Origin: Eledone cirrhosa
Lineage: Eukaryota
Assembly: GCA_964016885.1 (NCBI GenBank)
Contig: OZ024742.1
Location: 342,178,001-342,242,000, forward strand
Direction of reading: 5' to 3'
DNA: 64,000 bases
The position numbers were made by a program, and so were the translations under genes. Under the pieces are notes generated by a model that had not been told where the DNA came from, ran no database searches, and worked only from the letters and a program-made list of their open reading frames with translations. Shown in pieces: positions 13,801-28,994 of the stretch (positions are counted from its first letter, which is position 1; each line of letters starts with the position of its first letter).

Positions 13801-16800
13801 ATGAAGTATGTGATCTACAGTGGTATGAAGTATGTGATCTACAGTGGTATGAAGTATGTGATCTACAGTGGTATGAAGTATGTGATCTACAGTGGTATGA
13901 ATTATGTGATCTCCAGTGGTATGAAATATGCCATCCAGTGGTATGAAGTATGTGATCTACAGTGGTATGAAGTATGTGATCTACAGTGGTATGAAGTATG
14001 TGATCTCCAGTGGTATGAAGTATGCGATCTCCAGTGGTATGAAGTATGTGATCTCCAGTGGTATGAAGTATGTGATCTACAGTGGTATGAAGTATGTGAT
14101 CTACAGTGGTATGAAGTATGTGATCTAGAGTGGTATGAAGTATGTGATCTACAGTGGTATGAAGTATGTGATCTACAGTGGTGTGAAGTATGTGATCTCC
14201 AGTGGTATGAAAGTATGTGATCTCCAGTGGTATGAAGTATGTGATCTACAGTGGTATGAAGTATGTGATCTACAGTGATATGAAGTATGTGATCTACAGT
14301 GGTATGACGTATGTGATATCCTGTGGTATGAAGTATGTGATCTCCATTGGTATGAAGTATGTGATCTCCAGTGGTATGAAGTATGTGATCTCCAGTGGTA
14401 TGAAGTATGTGATCTACAGTGGTATGAAGTATGTGATCTCCAGTGGTATGAAGTATGTGATATCCTGTGGTATGAAGTATGTGATCTCCTTTGGTATGAA
14501 GTATGTGATCTCCAGTGGTATGAAGTATGTGATCTCCAGTGGTATGAAGTATGTGATCTACAGTGGTATGAAGTATGTGATCTACAGTGGTATGAAGTAT
14601 GTGATCTACAGTAGTATGAAGTATGTGATATCCTGTGGTATGAAGTATGTGATATCCTGTGGTATGAAGTATGTGATCTACAGTGGTATGAAGTATGTGA
14701 TCTCCTGTGATATGAAGTATGTCATCTACAGTGGTATGCAGTATGTGATCTACAGTGGTATGAAGTATGTGATCTCCGGGGGTATGAAGTATGTGATCTA
14801 CAGTGGTATGAAGTATGTGATCTCCAGTGGTATGAAGTATGTCAGCTCCAGTGGTATGAAGTATGTGATCTACAGTGGTATGAAGTATGTGATCTACAGT
14901 GGTATGATGTATGTGATATCCAGTGGTATGAAGTATGTGATCTCCATTGGTATGAAGTATGTGATCTGCAGTGATATGAAGTATGTGATCTACAGTGGTA
15001 TGAAGTATGTGATCTTCAGTGGTATGAAGTATGTGATCTCCAGTGCTATGAAGTATGTGATCTACAGTGGTATGAAGTATGTGATCTCCAGTGGTATGAA
15101 GTATGTGATCTCCAGTGGTATGAAGTATGTGATCTCCAGTGGTATGAAGTATGTGATCTCCAGTGGTATGAAGTATGTGATCTCCAGTGGTATGAAGTAT
15201 GTGATCTACAGTGGTGTGAAGTATGTGATCTACAGTGGTATGAAGTATGTGATATCCTCTGTTATGAAGTATGTGATCTCCGTTGGTATGAAGTATGTGA
15301 TCTCCAGTGGTATGAAGTATGTGATCTCCAGTGGTATGAAGTATGTGATCTCCAGTGGTATGAAGTATGTGATCTCCAGTGGTATGAAGTATGTGATCTA
15401 TAGTGGTATGAAGTATGTGACATCCTGTGGTATGAAGTATATGATCTCCATTGGTATGAAGTATGTGATATCCATTGGTATGAAGTATGTGATCTGCAGT
15501 GATATGAAGTATGTGATCTACAGTGGCATGAAGTATGTGATCTTCAGTGGTATGAAGTATGTGATCTCCAGTGCTATGAAGTATGTGATCTCCAGTGGTA
15601 TGAAGTATGTGATCTTCAGTGGTATGAAGTATGTGATCTACAGTGGTATGAAGTATGTGATCTCCAGTGGTATGAAGTATGTGATCTACAGTGGTATGAA
15701 GTATGTGATCTACAGTGATATGAAGTATGTGATCTACAGTGGTATGACGTATGTGATATCCTGTGGTATGAAGTATGTGATCTCCATTGGTATGAAGTAT
15801 GTGATCTCCAGTGGTATGAAGTATGTGATCTCCAGTGGTATGAAGTATGTGATCTACAGTGGTATGAAGTATGTGATCTCCAGTGGTATGAAGTATGTGA
15901 TATCCTGTGGTATGAAGTATGTGATCTCCTTTGGTATGAAGTATGTGATCTCCAGTGGTATGAAGTATGTGATCTCCAGTGGTATGAAGTATGTGATCTA
16001 CAGTGGTATGAAGTATGTGATCTACAGTGGTATGAAGTATGTGATCTACAGTGGTATGAAGTATGTGATATCCTGTGGTATGAAGTATGTGATATCCTGT
16101 GGTATGAAGTATGTGATCTACAGTGGTATGAAGTATGTGATCTCCTGTGATATGAAGTATGTCATCTACAGTGGTATGCAGTATGTGATCTACAGTGGTA
16201 TGAAGTATGTGATCTCCGGGGGTATGAAGTATGTGATCTACACTGGTATGAAGTATGTGATCTCCAGTGGTATGAAGTATGTCAGCTCCAGTGGTATGAA
16301 GTATGTGATCTACAGTGGTATGAAGTATGTGATCTACAGTGGTATGATGTATGTGATATCCAGTGGTATGAAGTATGTGATCTCCATTGGTATGAAGTAT
16401 GTGATCTGCAGTGATATGAAGTATGTGATCTACAGTGGTATGAAGTATGTGATCTACAGTGGTATGAAGTATGTGATCTCCAGTGGTATGAAGTATGTGA
16501 TCTCCAGTGGTATGAAGTATGTGATCTCCAGTGGTATGAAGTATGTGATCTCCAGTGGTATGAAGTATGTGATCTCCAGTGGTATGAAGTATGTGATCTA
16601 CAGTGGTGTGAAGTATGTGATCTACAGTGGTATGAAGTATGTGATATCCTGTGTTATGAAGTATGTGATCTCCGTTGGTATGAAGTATGTGATCTCCAGT
16701 GGTATGAAGTATGTGATCTCCAGTGGTATGAAGTATGTGATCTCCAGTGGTATGAAGTATGTGATCTCCAGTGGTATGAAGTATGTGATCTATAGTGGTA

Positions 16801-18804
16801 TGAAGTATGTGACATCCTGTGGTATGAAGTATATGATCTCCATTGGTATGAAGTATGTGATCTCCATTGGTATGAAGTATGTGATCTGCAGTGATATGAA
16901 GTATGTGATCTACAGTGGTATGAAGTATGTGATCTTCAGTGGTATGAAGTATGTGATCTCCAGTGGTATGAAGTATGTGATCTCCAGTGGTATGAAGTTT
17001 GTGATCTACAGTGGTATGAAGTATGTGATCTACAGTGGTATGAAGTATGTGATCTCCAGTGGTATGAAGTATGTGATCTCCGGTGGTATGAAGTATGTAA
17101 TCTCCAGTGGTATGAAGTATGTGATATCCTGTGGTATGAAGTATGTGATCTCCTGTGGTATGAGGTATGTGATCTACAGTGGTATGAAGTATGTGATATC
17201 CTGTGGTATGAAGTATGTGATATCCTGTGGTATGAAGTATGTGATCTCCAGTGGCATGAAGTATGTGATCTCCAGTGGTATGAAGTATGTGATCTTCAGT
17301 GGTATGAAGTATGTGATCTACAGTGGTATGAAGTATGTGATCTACAGTGTTATGAAGTATGTGATCTACAGTGGTATGAAGTATGTGATCTACAGTGGTA
17401 TGAAGTATGTGATCTACAGTGGTATGAAGTATGTGATCTACAGTGGTATGAATTATGTGATCTCCAGTGGTATGAAATATGCCATCCAGTGGTATGAAGT
17501 ATGTGATCTACAGTGGTATGAAGTATGTGATCTACAGTGGTATGAAGTATGTGATCTCCAGTGGTATGAAGTATGCGATCTCCAGTGGTATGAAGTATGT
17601 GATCTCCAGTGGTATGAAGTATGTGATCTACAGTGGTATGAAGTATGTGATCTACAGTGGTATGAAGTATGTGATCTAGAGTGGTATGAAGTATGTGATC
17701 TACAGTGGTATGAAGTATGTGATCTACAGTGGTGTGAAGTATGTGATCTCCAGTGGTATGAAAGTATGTGATCTCCAGTGGTATGAAGTATGTGATCTAC
17801 AGTGGTATGAAGTATGTGATCTACAGTGATATGAAGTATGTGATCTACAGTGGTATGACGTATGTGATATCCTGTGGTATGAAGTATGTGATCTCCATTG
17901 GTATGAAGTATGTGATCTCCAGTGGTATGAAGTATGTGATCTCCAGTGGTATGAAGTATGTGATCTACAGTGGTATGAAGTATGTGATCTACAGTGGTAT
18001 GAAGTATGTGATATCCTGTGGTATGAAGTATGTGATCTCCTTTGGTATGAAGTATGTGATCTCCAGTGGTATGAAGTATGTGATCTCCAGTGGTATGAAG
18101 TATGTGATCTACAGTGGTATGAAGTATGTGATCTACAGTGGTATGAAGTATGTGATCTACAGTGGTATGAAGTATGTGATATCCTGTGGTATGAAGTATG
18201 TGATATCCTGTGGTATGAAGTATGTGATCTACAGTGGTATGAAGTATGTGATCTCCTGTGATATGAAGTATGTCATCTACAGTGGTATGCAGTATGTGAT
18301 CTACAGTGGTATGAAGTATGTGATCTCCGGGGGTATGAAGTATGTGATCTACAGTGGTATGAAGTATGTGATCTCCAGTGGTATGAAATATGTCAGCTCC
18401 AGTGGTATGAAGTATGTGATCTACAGTGGTATGAAGTATGTGATCTACAGTGGTATGATGTATGTGATATCCAGTGGTATGAAGTATGTGATCTCCATTG
18501 GTATGAAGTATGTGATCTGCAGTGATATGAAGTATGTGATCTACAGTGGTATGAAGTATGTGATCTTCAGTGGTATGAAGTATGTGATCTCCAGTGCTAT
18601 GAAGTATGTGATCTACAGTGGTATGAAGTATGTGATCTCCAGTGGTATGAAGTATGTGATCTCCAGTGGTATGAAGTATGTGATCTCCAGTGGTATGAAG
18701 TATGTGATCTCCAGTGGTATGAAGTATGTGATCTCCAGTGGTATGAAGTATGTGATCTACAGTGGTGTGAAGTATGTGATCTACAGTGGTATGAAGTATG
18801 TGAT
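10802..18804 (+). repeat. About 8.0-kb higher-order block B, copy 1
   Basis: Constant 8325-bp offset to copy 2: -2 markers 11985/20310, 13928/22253, 17479/25804; ORF pairs 12274/20599, 14217/22542, 17768/26093; ATGATG 10826/19151; GTG-start unit 18767/27092. Confidence 0.93.
14221..16960 (+). repeat. Nested tandem sub-block inside block B (offset 1440 bp = 60 monomers, later 1392 = 58), repeated again at +8325
   Basis: The lines starting at 14221 and 15661 are identical. The marker order GACGTAT, CTCCTTTGG, ATGCAG, CCGGGGG, CTGCAGTGAT, GGTGTG, CCGTTGG, CTATAG, GACATCC recurs. GTG-start units at 15216 and 16608 show the 2-unit shift. Confidence 0.85.
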
Positions 18805-19126
18805 CTACAGTGGTATGAAGTATGTGATCTACAGTGGTATGAAGTATGTGATCTACAGTGGTATGAAGTATGTGATCTCCAGTGGTATGAAGTATGTGAT
18901 CTCCAGTGGTATGAAGTATGTGATCTACAGTGGTATGAAGTATGTGATATCCTATGGTATGAAGTGTGTGATCTACAGTGGTATGAAGTATGTGATCTCC
19001 TGTGGTATGAAGTATGTGATCTCCAGTTGTATGAAGTATGTGATCTCCTGTGGCATGAAGAATGTGATCTACAGTGGTATGACATATGTGATCTCCAGTG
19101 GTATGAAGTATGTGATCTCCAGTGGT

Positions 19127-22100
19127 ATGAAGTATGTGATCTCCTGTGGTATGATGTATGTGATCTCCAGTGGTATGAAGTATGTGATCTACAGTGATAT
19201 GAGGTATGTGATCTACAGTGGTATGAAGTATGTGATCTCCTGTGATATGAAGTATGTGATCTACAGTGGTATGAAGTATGTGATATACAGTGGTATGAAG
19301 TATGTGATCTCCAGTGGTATGAAGTATGTGATCTACAGTGGTATGAAGTATGTGATCTACAGTGGTATGATGTATGTGATCTCCAGTGGTATGAAGTATG
19401 TGATCTCCATTGGTATGAAGTATGTGATCTCCAGTGGTATGAAGTATGTGATCTCCAGTGGTATGAAGTATGTGATCTCCAGTGGTATGAAGTATGTGAT
19501 CTACAGTGGTATGGAGTATGTGATCTACAGTGGTATGAAGTATGTGATCTACAGTGGTATGAAGTATGTGATCTACAGTGGTATGAAGTATGTGATCTAC
19601 AGTGGTATGAAGTATGTGATCTCCAGTGGTATGAAGTATGTGATCTCCAGTGGTATGAAGTATGTGATCTCCTGTGGTATGAAGTATGTGATCTACAGTG
19701 GTATGAAGTTTGTGATCTCCAGTGGTATGAAGTATGTGATCTACAGTGGTATGAAGTATGTGATATCCTATGGTATGAAGTGTGTGATCTACAGTGGTAT
19801 GAAGTATGTGATCTCCTGTGGTATGAAGTATGTGATCTCCAGTTGTATGAAGTATGTGATCTCCTGTGGCATGAAGAATGTGATCTACAGTGGTATGACA
19901 TATGTGATCTCCAGTGGTATGAAGTATGTGATCTACAGTGGTATGAAGTATGTCAGCTCCAGTGGTATGAAGTATGTGATCTACAGTGGTATGAAGTATG
20001 TGATCCACAGTGGTATGAAGTATGTGATCTCCAGTGGTATGAAGTATGTGATCTACAGTGGTATGAAGTATGTGATCTACAGTGGTATGAAGTATGTGAT
20101 ATCCTGTGGTATGAAGTATGTGATATCATGTGGTATGAAGTATGTGATCTCCAGTGGTATGAAGTATGTGATCTCCAGTGGTATGAAGTATGTGATCTCC
20201 AGTGGTATGAAGTATGTGATCTACAGTGGTATGAAGTATGTGATCTACAGTGGTATGAAGTATGTGATCTACAGTGGTATGAATTATGTGATCTCCAGTG
20301 GTATGAAATATGCCATCCAGTGGTATGAAGTATGTGATCTACAGTGGTATGAAGTATGTGATCTACAGTGGTATGAAGTATGTGATCTCCAGTGGTATGA
20401 AGTATGTGATCTCCAGTGGTATGAAGTATGTGATCTCCAGTGGTATGAAGTATGTGATCTACAGTGGTATGAAGTATGTGATCTACAGTGGTATGAAGTA
20501 TGTGATCTAGAGTGGTATGAAGTATGTGATCTACAGTGGTATGAAGTATGTGATCTACAGTGGTGTGAAGTATGTGATCTCCAGTGGTATGAAAGTATGT
20601 GATCTCCAGTGGTATGAAGTATGTGATCTACAGTGGTATGAAGTATGTGATCTACAGTGGTATGACGTATGTGATATCCTGTGGTATGAAGTATGTGATC
20701 TCCATTGGTATGAAGTATGTGATCTCCAGTGGTATGAAGTATGTGATCTCCAGTGGTATGAAGTATGTGATCTACAGTGGTATGAAGTATGTGATCTCCA
20801 GTGGTATGAAGTATGTGATATCCTGTGGTATGAAGTATGTGATCTCCTTTGGTATGAAGTATGTGATCTCCAGTGGTATGAAGTATGTGATCTCCAGTGG
20901 TATGAAGTATGTGATCTACAGTGGTATGAAGTATGTGATCTACAGTGGTATGAAGTATGTGATCTACAGTGGTATGAAGTATGTGATATCCTGTGGTATG
21001 AAGTATGTGATATCCTGTGGTATCAAGTATGTGATCTACAGTGGTATGAAGTATGTGATCTCCTGTGATATGAAGTATGTCATCTACAGTGGTATGCAGT
21101 ATGTGATCTACAGTGGTATGAAGTATGTGATCTCCGGGGGTATGAAGTATGTGATCTACAGTGGTATGAAGTATGTGATCTCCAGTGGTATGAAGTATGT
21201 CAGCTCCAGTGGTATGAAGTATGTGATCTACAGTGGTATGAAGTATGTGATCTACAGTGGTATGATGTATGTGATATCCAGTGGTATGAAGTATGTGATC
21301 TCCATTGGTATGAAGTATGTGATCTGCAGTGATATGAAGTATGTGATCTACAGTGGTATGAAGTATGTGATCTACAGTGGTATGAAGTATGTGATCTCCA
21401 GTGGTATGAAGTATGTGATCTCCAGTGGTATGAAGTATGTGATCTCCAGTGGTATGAAGTATGTGATCTCCAGTGGTATGAAGTATGTGATCTCCAGTGG
21501 TATGAAGTATGTGATCTACAGTGGTGTGAAGTATGTGATCTACAGTGGTATGAAGTATGTGATATCCTGTGTTATGAAGTATGTGATCTCCGTTGGTATG
21601 AAGTATGTGATCTCCAGTGGTATGAAGTATGTGATCTCCAGTGGTATGAAGTATGTGATCTCCAGTGGTATGAAGTATGTGATCTCCAGTGGTATGAAGT
21701 ATGTGATCTATAGTGGTATGAAGTATGTGATCTCCAGTGGTATGAAGTATGTGATCTCCAGTGGTATGAAGTATGTGATCTACAGTGGTATGAAGTATGT
21801 GATCTACAGTGGTATGAAGTATGTGATCTCCAGTGGTATGAAGTATGTGATCTCCGGTGGTATGAAGTATGTAATCTCCAGTGGTATGAAGTATGTGATA
21901 TCCTGTGGTATGAAGTATGTGATCTCCTGTGGTATGAGGTATGTGATCTACAGTGGTATGAAGTATGTGATATCCTGTGGTATGAAGTATGTGATATCCT
22001 GTGGTATGAAGTATGTGATCTCCAGTGGCATGAAGTATGTGATCTCCAGTGGTATGAACTATGTGATCTTCAGTGGTATGAAGTATGTGATCTACAGTGG

Positions 22101-25100
22101 TATGAAGTATGTGATCTACAGTGTTATGAAGTATGTGATCTACAGTGGTATGAAGTATGTGATCTACAGTGGTATGAAGTATGTGATCTACAGTGGTATG
22201 AAGTATGTGATCTACAGTGGTATGAATTATGTGATCTCCAGTGGTATGAAATATGCCATCCAGTGGTATGAAGTATGTGATCTACAGTGGTATGAAGTAT
22301 GTGATCTACAGTGGTATGAAGTATGTGATCTCCAGTGGTATGAAGTATGCGATCTCCAGTGGTATGAAGTATGTGATCTCCAGTGGTATGAAGTATGTGA
22401 TCTACAGTGGTATGAAGTATGTGATCTACAGTGGTATGAAGTATGTGATCTAGAGTGGTATGAAGTATGTGATCTACAGTGGTATGAAGTATGTGATCTA
22501 CAGTGGTGTGAAGTATGTGATCTCCAGTGGTATGAAAGTATGTGATCTCCAGTGGTATGAAGTATGTGATCTACAGTGGTATGAAGTATGTGATCTACAG
22601 TGATATGAAGTATGTGATCTACAGTGGTATGACGTATGTGATATCCTGTGGTATGAAGTATGTGATCTCCATTGGTATGAAGTATGTGATCTCCAGTGGT
22701 ATGAAGTATGTGATCTCCAGTGGTATGAAGTATGTGATCTACAGTGGTATGAAGTATGTGATCTCCAGTGGTATGAAGTATGTGATATCCTGTGGTATGA
22801 AGTATGTGATCTCCTTTGGTATGAAGTATGTGATCTCCAGTGGTATGAAGTATGTGATCTCCAGTGGTATGAAGTATGTGATCTACAGTGGTATGAAGTA
22901 TGTGATCTACAGTGGTATGAAGTATGTGATCTACAGTGGTATGAAGTATGTGATATCCTGTGGTATGAAGTATGTGATATCCTGTGGTATGAAGTATGTG
23001 ATCTACAGTGGTATGAAGTATGTGATCTCCTGTGATATGAAGTATGTCATCTACAGTGGTATGCAGTATGTGATCTACAGTGGTATGAAGTATGTGATCT
23101 CCGGGGGTATGAAGTATGTGATCTACAGTGGTATGAAGTATGTGATCTCCAGTGGTATGAAGTATGTCAGCTCCAGTGGTATGAAGTATGTGATCTACAG
23201 TGGTATGAAGTATGTGATCTACAGTGGTATGATGTATGTGATATCCAGTGGTATGAAGTATGTGATCTCCATTGGTATGAAGTATGTGATCTGCAGTGAT
23301 ATGAAGTATGTGATCTACAGTGGTATGAAGTATGTGATCTTCAGTGGTATGAAGTATGTGATCTCCAGTGCTATGAAGTATGTGATCTACAGTGGTATGA
23401 AGTATGTGATCTCCAGTGGTATGAAGTATGTGATCTCCAGTGGTATGAAGTATGTGATCTCCAGTGGTATGAAGTATGTGATCTCCAGTGGTATGAAGTA
23501 TGTGATCTCCAGTGGTATGAAGTATGTGATCTACAGTGGTGTGAAGTATGTGATCTACAGTGGTATGAAGTATGTGATATCCTGTGTTATGAAGTATGTG
23601 ATCTCCGTTGGTATGAAGTATGTGATCTCCAGTGGTATGAAGTATGTGATCTCCAGTGGTATGAAGTATGTGATCTCCAGTGGTATGAAGTATGTGATCT
23701 CCAGTGGTATGAAGTATGTGATCTATAGTGGTATGAAGTATGTGACATCCTGTGGTATGAAGTATATGATCTCCATTGGTATGAAGTATGTGATATCCAT
23801 TGGTATGAAGTATGTGATCTGCAGTGATATGAAGTATGTGATCTACAGTGGCATGAAGTATGTGATCTTCAGTGGTATGAAGTATGTGATCTCCAGTGCT
23901 ATGAAGTATGTGATCTCCAGTGGTATGAAGTATGTGATCTTCAGTGGTATGAAGTATGTGATCTACAGTGGTATGAAGTATGTGATCTCCAGTGGTATGA
24001 AGTATGTGATCTACAGTGGTATGAAGTATGTGATCTACAGTGATATGAAGTATGTGATCTACAGTGGTATGACGTATGTGATATCCTGTGGTATGAAGTA
24101 TGTGATCTCCATTGGTATGAAGTATGTGATCTCCAGTGGTATGAAGTATGTGATCTCCAGTGGTATGAAGTATGTGATCTACAGTGGTATGAAGTATGTG
24201 ATCTCCAGTGGTATGAAGTATGTGATATCCTGTGGTATGAAGTATGTGATCTCCTTTGGTATGAAGTATGTGATCTCCAGTGGTATGAAGTATGTGATCT
24301 CCAGTGGTATGAAGTATGTGATCTACAGTGGTATGAAGTATGTGATCTACAGTGGTATGAAGTATGTGATCTACAGTGGTATGAAGTATGTGATATCCTG
24401 TGGTATGAAGTATGTGATATCCTGTGGTATGAAGTATGTGATCTACAGTGGTATGAAGTATGTGATCTCCTGTGATATGAAGTATGTCATCTACAGTGGT
24501 ATGCAGTATGTGATCTACAGTGGTATGAAGTATGTGATCTCCGGGGGTATGAAGTATGTGATCTACACTGGTATGAAGTATGTGATCTCCAGTGGTATGA
24601 AGTATGTCAGCTCCAGTGGTATGAAGTATGTGATCTACAGTGGTATGAAGTATGTGATCTACAGTGGTATGATGTATGTGATATCCAGTGGTATGAAGTA
24701 TGTGATCTCCATTGGTATGAAGTATGTGATCTGCAGTGATATGAAGTATGTGATCTACAGTGGTATGAAGTATGTGATCTACAGTGGTATGAAGTATGTG
24801 ATCTCCAGTGGTATGAAGTATGTGATCTCCAGTGGTATGAAGTATGTGATCTCCAGTGGTATGAAGTATGTGATCTCCAGTGGTATGAAGTATGTGATCT
24901 CCAGTGGTATGAAGTATGTGATCTACAGTGGTGTGAAGTATGTGATCTACAGTGGTATGAAGTATGTGATATCCTGTGTTATGAAGTATGTGATCTCCGT
25001 TGGTATGAAGTATGTGATCTCCAGTGGTATGAAGTATGTGATCTCCAGTGGTATGAAGTATGTGATCTCCAGTGGTATGAAGTATGTGATCTCCAGTGGT

Positions 25101-27129
25101 ATGAAGTATGTGATCTATAGTGGTATGAAGTATGTGACATCCTGTGGTATGAAGTATATGATCTCCATTGGTATGAAGTATGTGATCTCCATTGGTATGA
25201 AGTATGTGATCTGCAGTGATATGAAGTATGTGATCTACAGTGGTATGAAGTATGTGATCTTCAGTGGTATGAAGTATGTGATCTCCAGTGGTATGAAGTA
25301 TGTGATCTCCAGTGGTATGAAGTTTGTGATCTACAGTGGTATGAAGTATGTGATCTACAGTGGTATGAAGTATGTGATCTCCAGTGGTATGAAGTATGTG
25401 ATCTCCGGTGGTATGAAGTATGTAATCTCCAGTGGTATGAAGTATGTGATATCCTGTGGTATGAAGTATGTGATCTCCTGTGGTATGAGGTATGTGATCT
25501 ACAGTGGTATGAAGTATGTGATATCCTGTGGTATGAAGTATGTGATATCCTGTGGTATGAAGTATGTGATCTCCAGTGGCATGAAGTATGTGATCTCCAG
25601 TGGTATGAAGTATGTGATCTTCAGTGGTATGAAGTATGTGATCTACAGTGGTATGAAGTATGTGATCTACAGTGTTATGAAGTATGTGATCTACAGTGGT
25701 ATGAAGTATGTGATCTACAGTGGTATGAAGTATGTGATCTACAGTGGTATGAAGTATGTGATCTACAGTGGTATGAATTATGTGATCTCCAGTGGTATGA
25801 AATATGCCATCCAGTGGTATGAAGTATGTGATCTACAGTGGTATGAAGTATGTGATCTACAGTGGTATGAAGTATGTGATCTCCAGTGGTATGAAGTATG
25901 CGATCTCCAGTGGTATGAAGTATGTGATCTCCAGTGGTATGAAGTATGTGATCTACAGTGGTATGAAGTATGTGATCTACAGTGGTATGAAGTATGTGAT
26001 CTAGAGTGGTATGAAGTATGTGATCTACAGTGGTATGAAGTATGTGATCTACAGTGGTGTGAAGTATGTGATCTCCAGTGGTATGAAAGTATGTGATCTC
26101 CAGTGGTATGAAGTATGTGATCTACAGTGGTATGAAGTATGTGATCTACAGTGATATGAAGTATGTGATCTACAGTGGTATGACGTATGTGATATCCTGT
26201 GGTATGAAGTATGTGATCTCCATTGGTATGAAGTATGTGATCTCCAGTGGTATGAAGTATGTGATCTCCAGTGGTATGAAGTATGTGATCTACAGTGGTA
26301 TGAAGTATGTGATCTCCAGTGGTATGAAGTATGTGATATCCTGTGGTATGAAGTATGTGATCTCCTTTGGTATGAAGTATGTGATCTCCAGTGGTATGAA
26401 GTATGTGATCTCCAGTGGTATGAAGTATGTGATCTACAGTGGTATGAAGTATGTGATCTACAGTGGTATGAAGTATGTGATCTACAGTGGTATGAAGTAT
26501 GTGATATCCTGTGGTATGAAGTATGTGATATCCTGTGGTATGAAGTATGTGATCTACAGTGGTATGAAGTATGTGATCTCCTGTGATATGAAGTATGTCA
26601 TCTACAGTGGTATGCAGTATGTGATCTACAGTGGTATGAAGTATGTGATCTCCGGGGGTATGAAGTATGTGATCTACAGTGGTATGAAGTATGTGATCTC
26701 CAGTGGTATGAAATATGTCAGCTCCAGTGGTATGAAGTATGTGATCTACAGTGGTATGAAGTATGTGATCTACAGTGGTATGATGTATGTGATATCCAGT
26801 GGTATGAAGTATGTGATCTCCATTGGTATGAAGTATGTGATCTGCAGTGATATGAAGTATGTGATCTACAGTGGTATGAAGTATGTGATCTTCAGTGGTA
26901 TGAAGTATGTGATCTCCAGTGCTATGAAGTATGTGATCTACAGTGGTATGAAGTATGTGATCTCCAGTGGTATGAAGTATGTGATCTCCAGTGGTATGAA
27001 GTATGTGATCTCCAGTGGTATGAAGTATGTGATCTCCAGTGGTATGAAGTATGTGATCTCCAGTGGTATGAAGTATGTGATCTACAGTGGTGTGAAGTAT
27101 GTGATCTACAGTGGTATGAAGTATGTGAT
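19127..27129 (+). repeat. About 8.0-kb higher-order block B, copy 2
   Basis: Offset 8325 = 347x24 - 3. I noticed only three differences from copy 1: 14613 A vs G, 15259 C vs G, and 17991 A vs 26316 C. Confidence 0.93.
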
Positions 27130-27309
27130 ATCCTGTGTTATGAAGTATGTGATCTCCGTTGGTATGAAGTATGTGATCTCCAGTGGTATGAAGTATGTGA
27201 TCTCCAGTGGTATGAAGTATGTGATCTCCAGTGGTATGAAGTATGTGATCTATAGTGGTATGAAGTATGTGACATCCTGTGGTATGAAGTATATGATCTC
27301 CATTGGTAT

Positions 27310-27800
27310 GAAGTATGTGATATCCATTGGTATGAAGTATGTGATCTGCAGTGATATGAAGTATGTGATCTACAGTGGTATGAAGTATGTGATCTTCAGT
27401 GGTATGAAGTATGTGATCTCCAGTGCTATGAAGTATGTGATCTCCAGTGGTATGAAGTATGTGATCTTCAGTGGTATGAAGTATGTGATCTACAGTGGTA
27501 TGAAGTATGTGATCTACAGTGGTATGAAGTATGTGATCTCCAGTGGTATGAAGTATGTGATCTCCATTGGTATGAAGTATGTGATCTGCAGTGATATGAA
27601 GTATGTGATCTACAGTGGTATGAAGTATGTGATCTTCAGTGGTATGAAGTATGTGATCTCCAGTGCTATGAAGTATGTGATCTCCAGTGGTATGAAGTAT
27701 GTGATCTTCAGTGGTATGAAGTATGTGATCTACAGTGGTATGAAGTATGTGATCTACAGTGGTATGAAGTATGTGATCTCCAGTGGTATGAAGTATGTGA
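27310..27800 (+). repeat. Local 240-bp (10-monomer) tandem duplication
   Basis: Lines 27361/27601, 27421/27661 and 27481/27721 are identical, including the CTTCAG and CAGTGCT variants. Confidence 0.9.
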
Positions 27801-28994
27801 TCTCCAGTAGTATGAAGTATGTGATCTACAGTGGTTTGAAGTATGTGATCTACAGTGGTATGAAGTATGTGATATCCTGTGGTATGAAGTATGTGATCTA
27901 CAGTGGTATGAAGTATGTGATCTCCTGTGGTATGATGTATGTGATCTCCAGTGGTATGAAGTATGTGATCTACAGTGATATGAGGTATGTGATCTACAGT
28001 GGTATGAAGTATGTGATCTCCTGTGATATGAAGTATGTGATCTACAGTGGTATGAAGTATGTGATATACAGTGGTATGAAGTATGTGATCTCCAGTGGTA
28101 TGAAGTATGTGATCTACAGTGGTATGAAGTATGTGATCTACAGTGGTATGATGTATGTGATCTCCAGTGGTATGAAGTATGTGATCTCCATTGGTATGAA
28201 GTATGTGATCTCCAGTGGTATGAAGTATGTGATCTACAGTGGTATGAAGTATGTGATCTCCAGTGGTATGAAGTATGTGATCTACAGTGGTATGGAGTAT
28301 GTGATCTACAGTGGTATGAAGTATGTGATCTACAGTGGTATGAAGTATGTGATCTACAGTGGTATGAAGTATGTGATCTACAGTGGTATGAAGTATGTGA
28401 TCTCCAGTGGTATGAAGTATGTGATCTCCAGTGGTATGAAGTATGTGATCTCCTGTGGTATGAAGTATGTGATCTACAGTGGTATGAAGTTTGTGATCTC
28501 CAGTGGTATGAAGTATGTGATCTACAGTGGTATGAAGTATGTGATCTCCAGTGGTATGAAATATGTGATCTCCTGTGGTATGAAGTATGTGATATCCTGT
28601 GGTATGAAGTATGTGATCTACAGTGGTATGAAGTATGTCAGATCCAGTGGTATGAAGTATGTGATCTCCAGTGGTATGAAGTATGTGATCTACAGTGGTA
28701 TGAAGTATGTGATCTCCAGTGGTATGAAGTATGTGATCTCCTGTGGTATGAAGTATGTGATATCCTGTGGTATGATGTATGTGATCTCCAGTGGTATGAA
28801 GTATGTGATCTGCAGTGGTATGAAGTATGTGATCTCCAGTGGTATGAAGTATGTCAGCTCCAGTGGTATGAAGTATGTGATCTCCAGTGGTATGAAGTAT
28901 GTGATCTACAGTGGTATGAAGTATGTGATCTACAGTGGTATGAAGTATGTGATCTCCAGTGGTATGAAGTATGTGATCTACAGTGGTATGAAGT

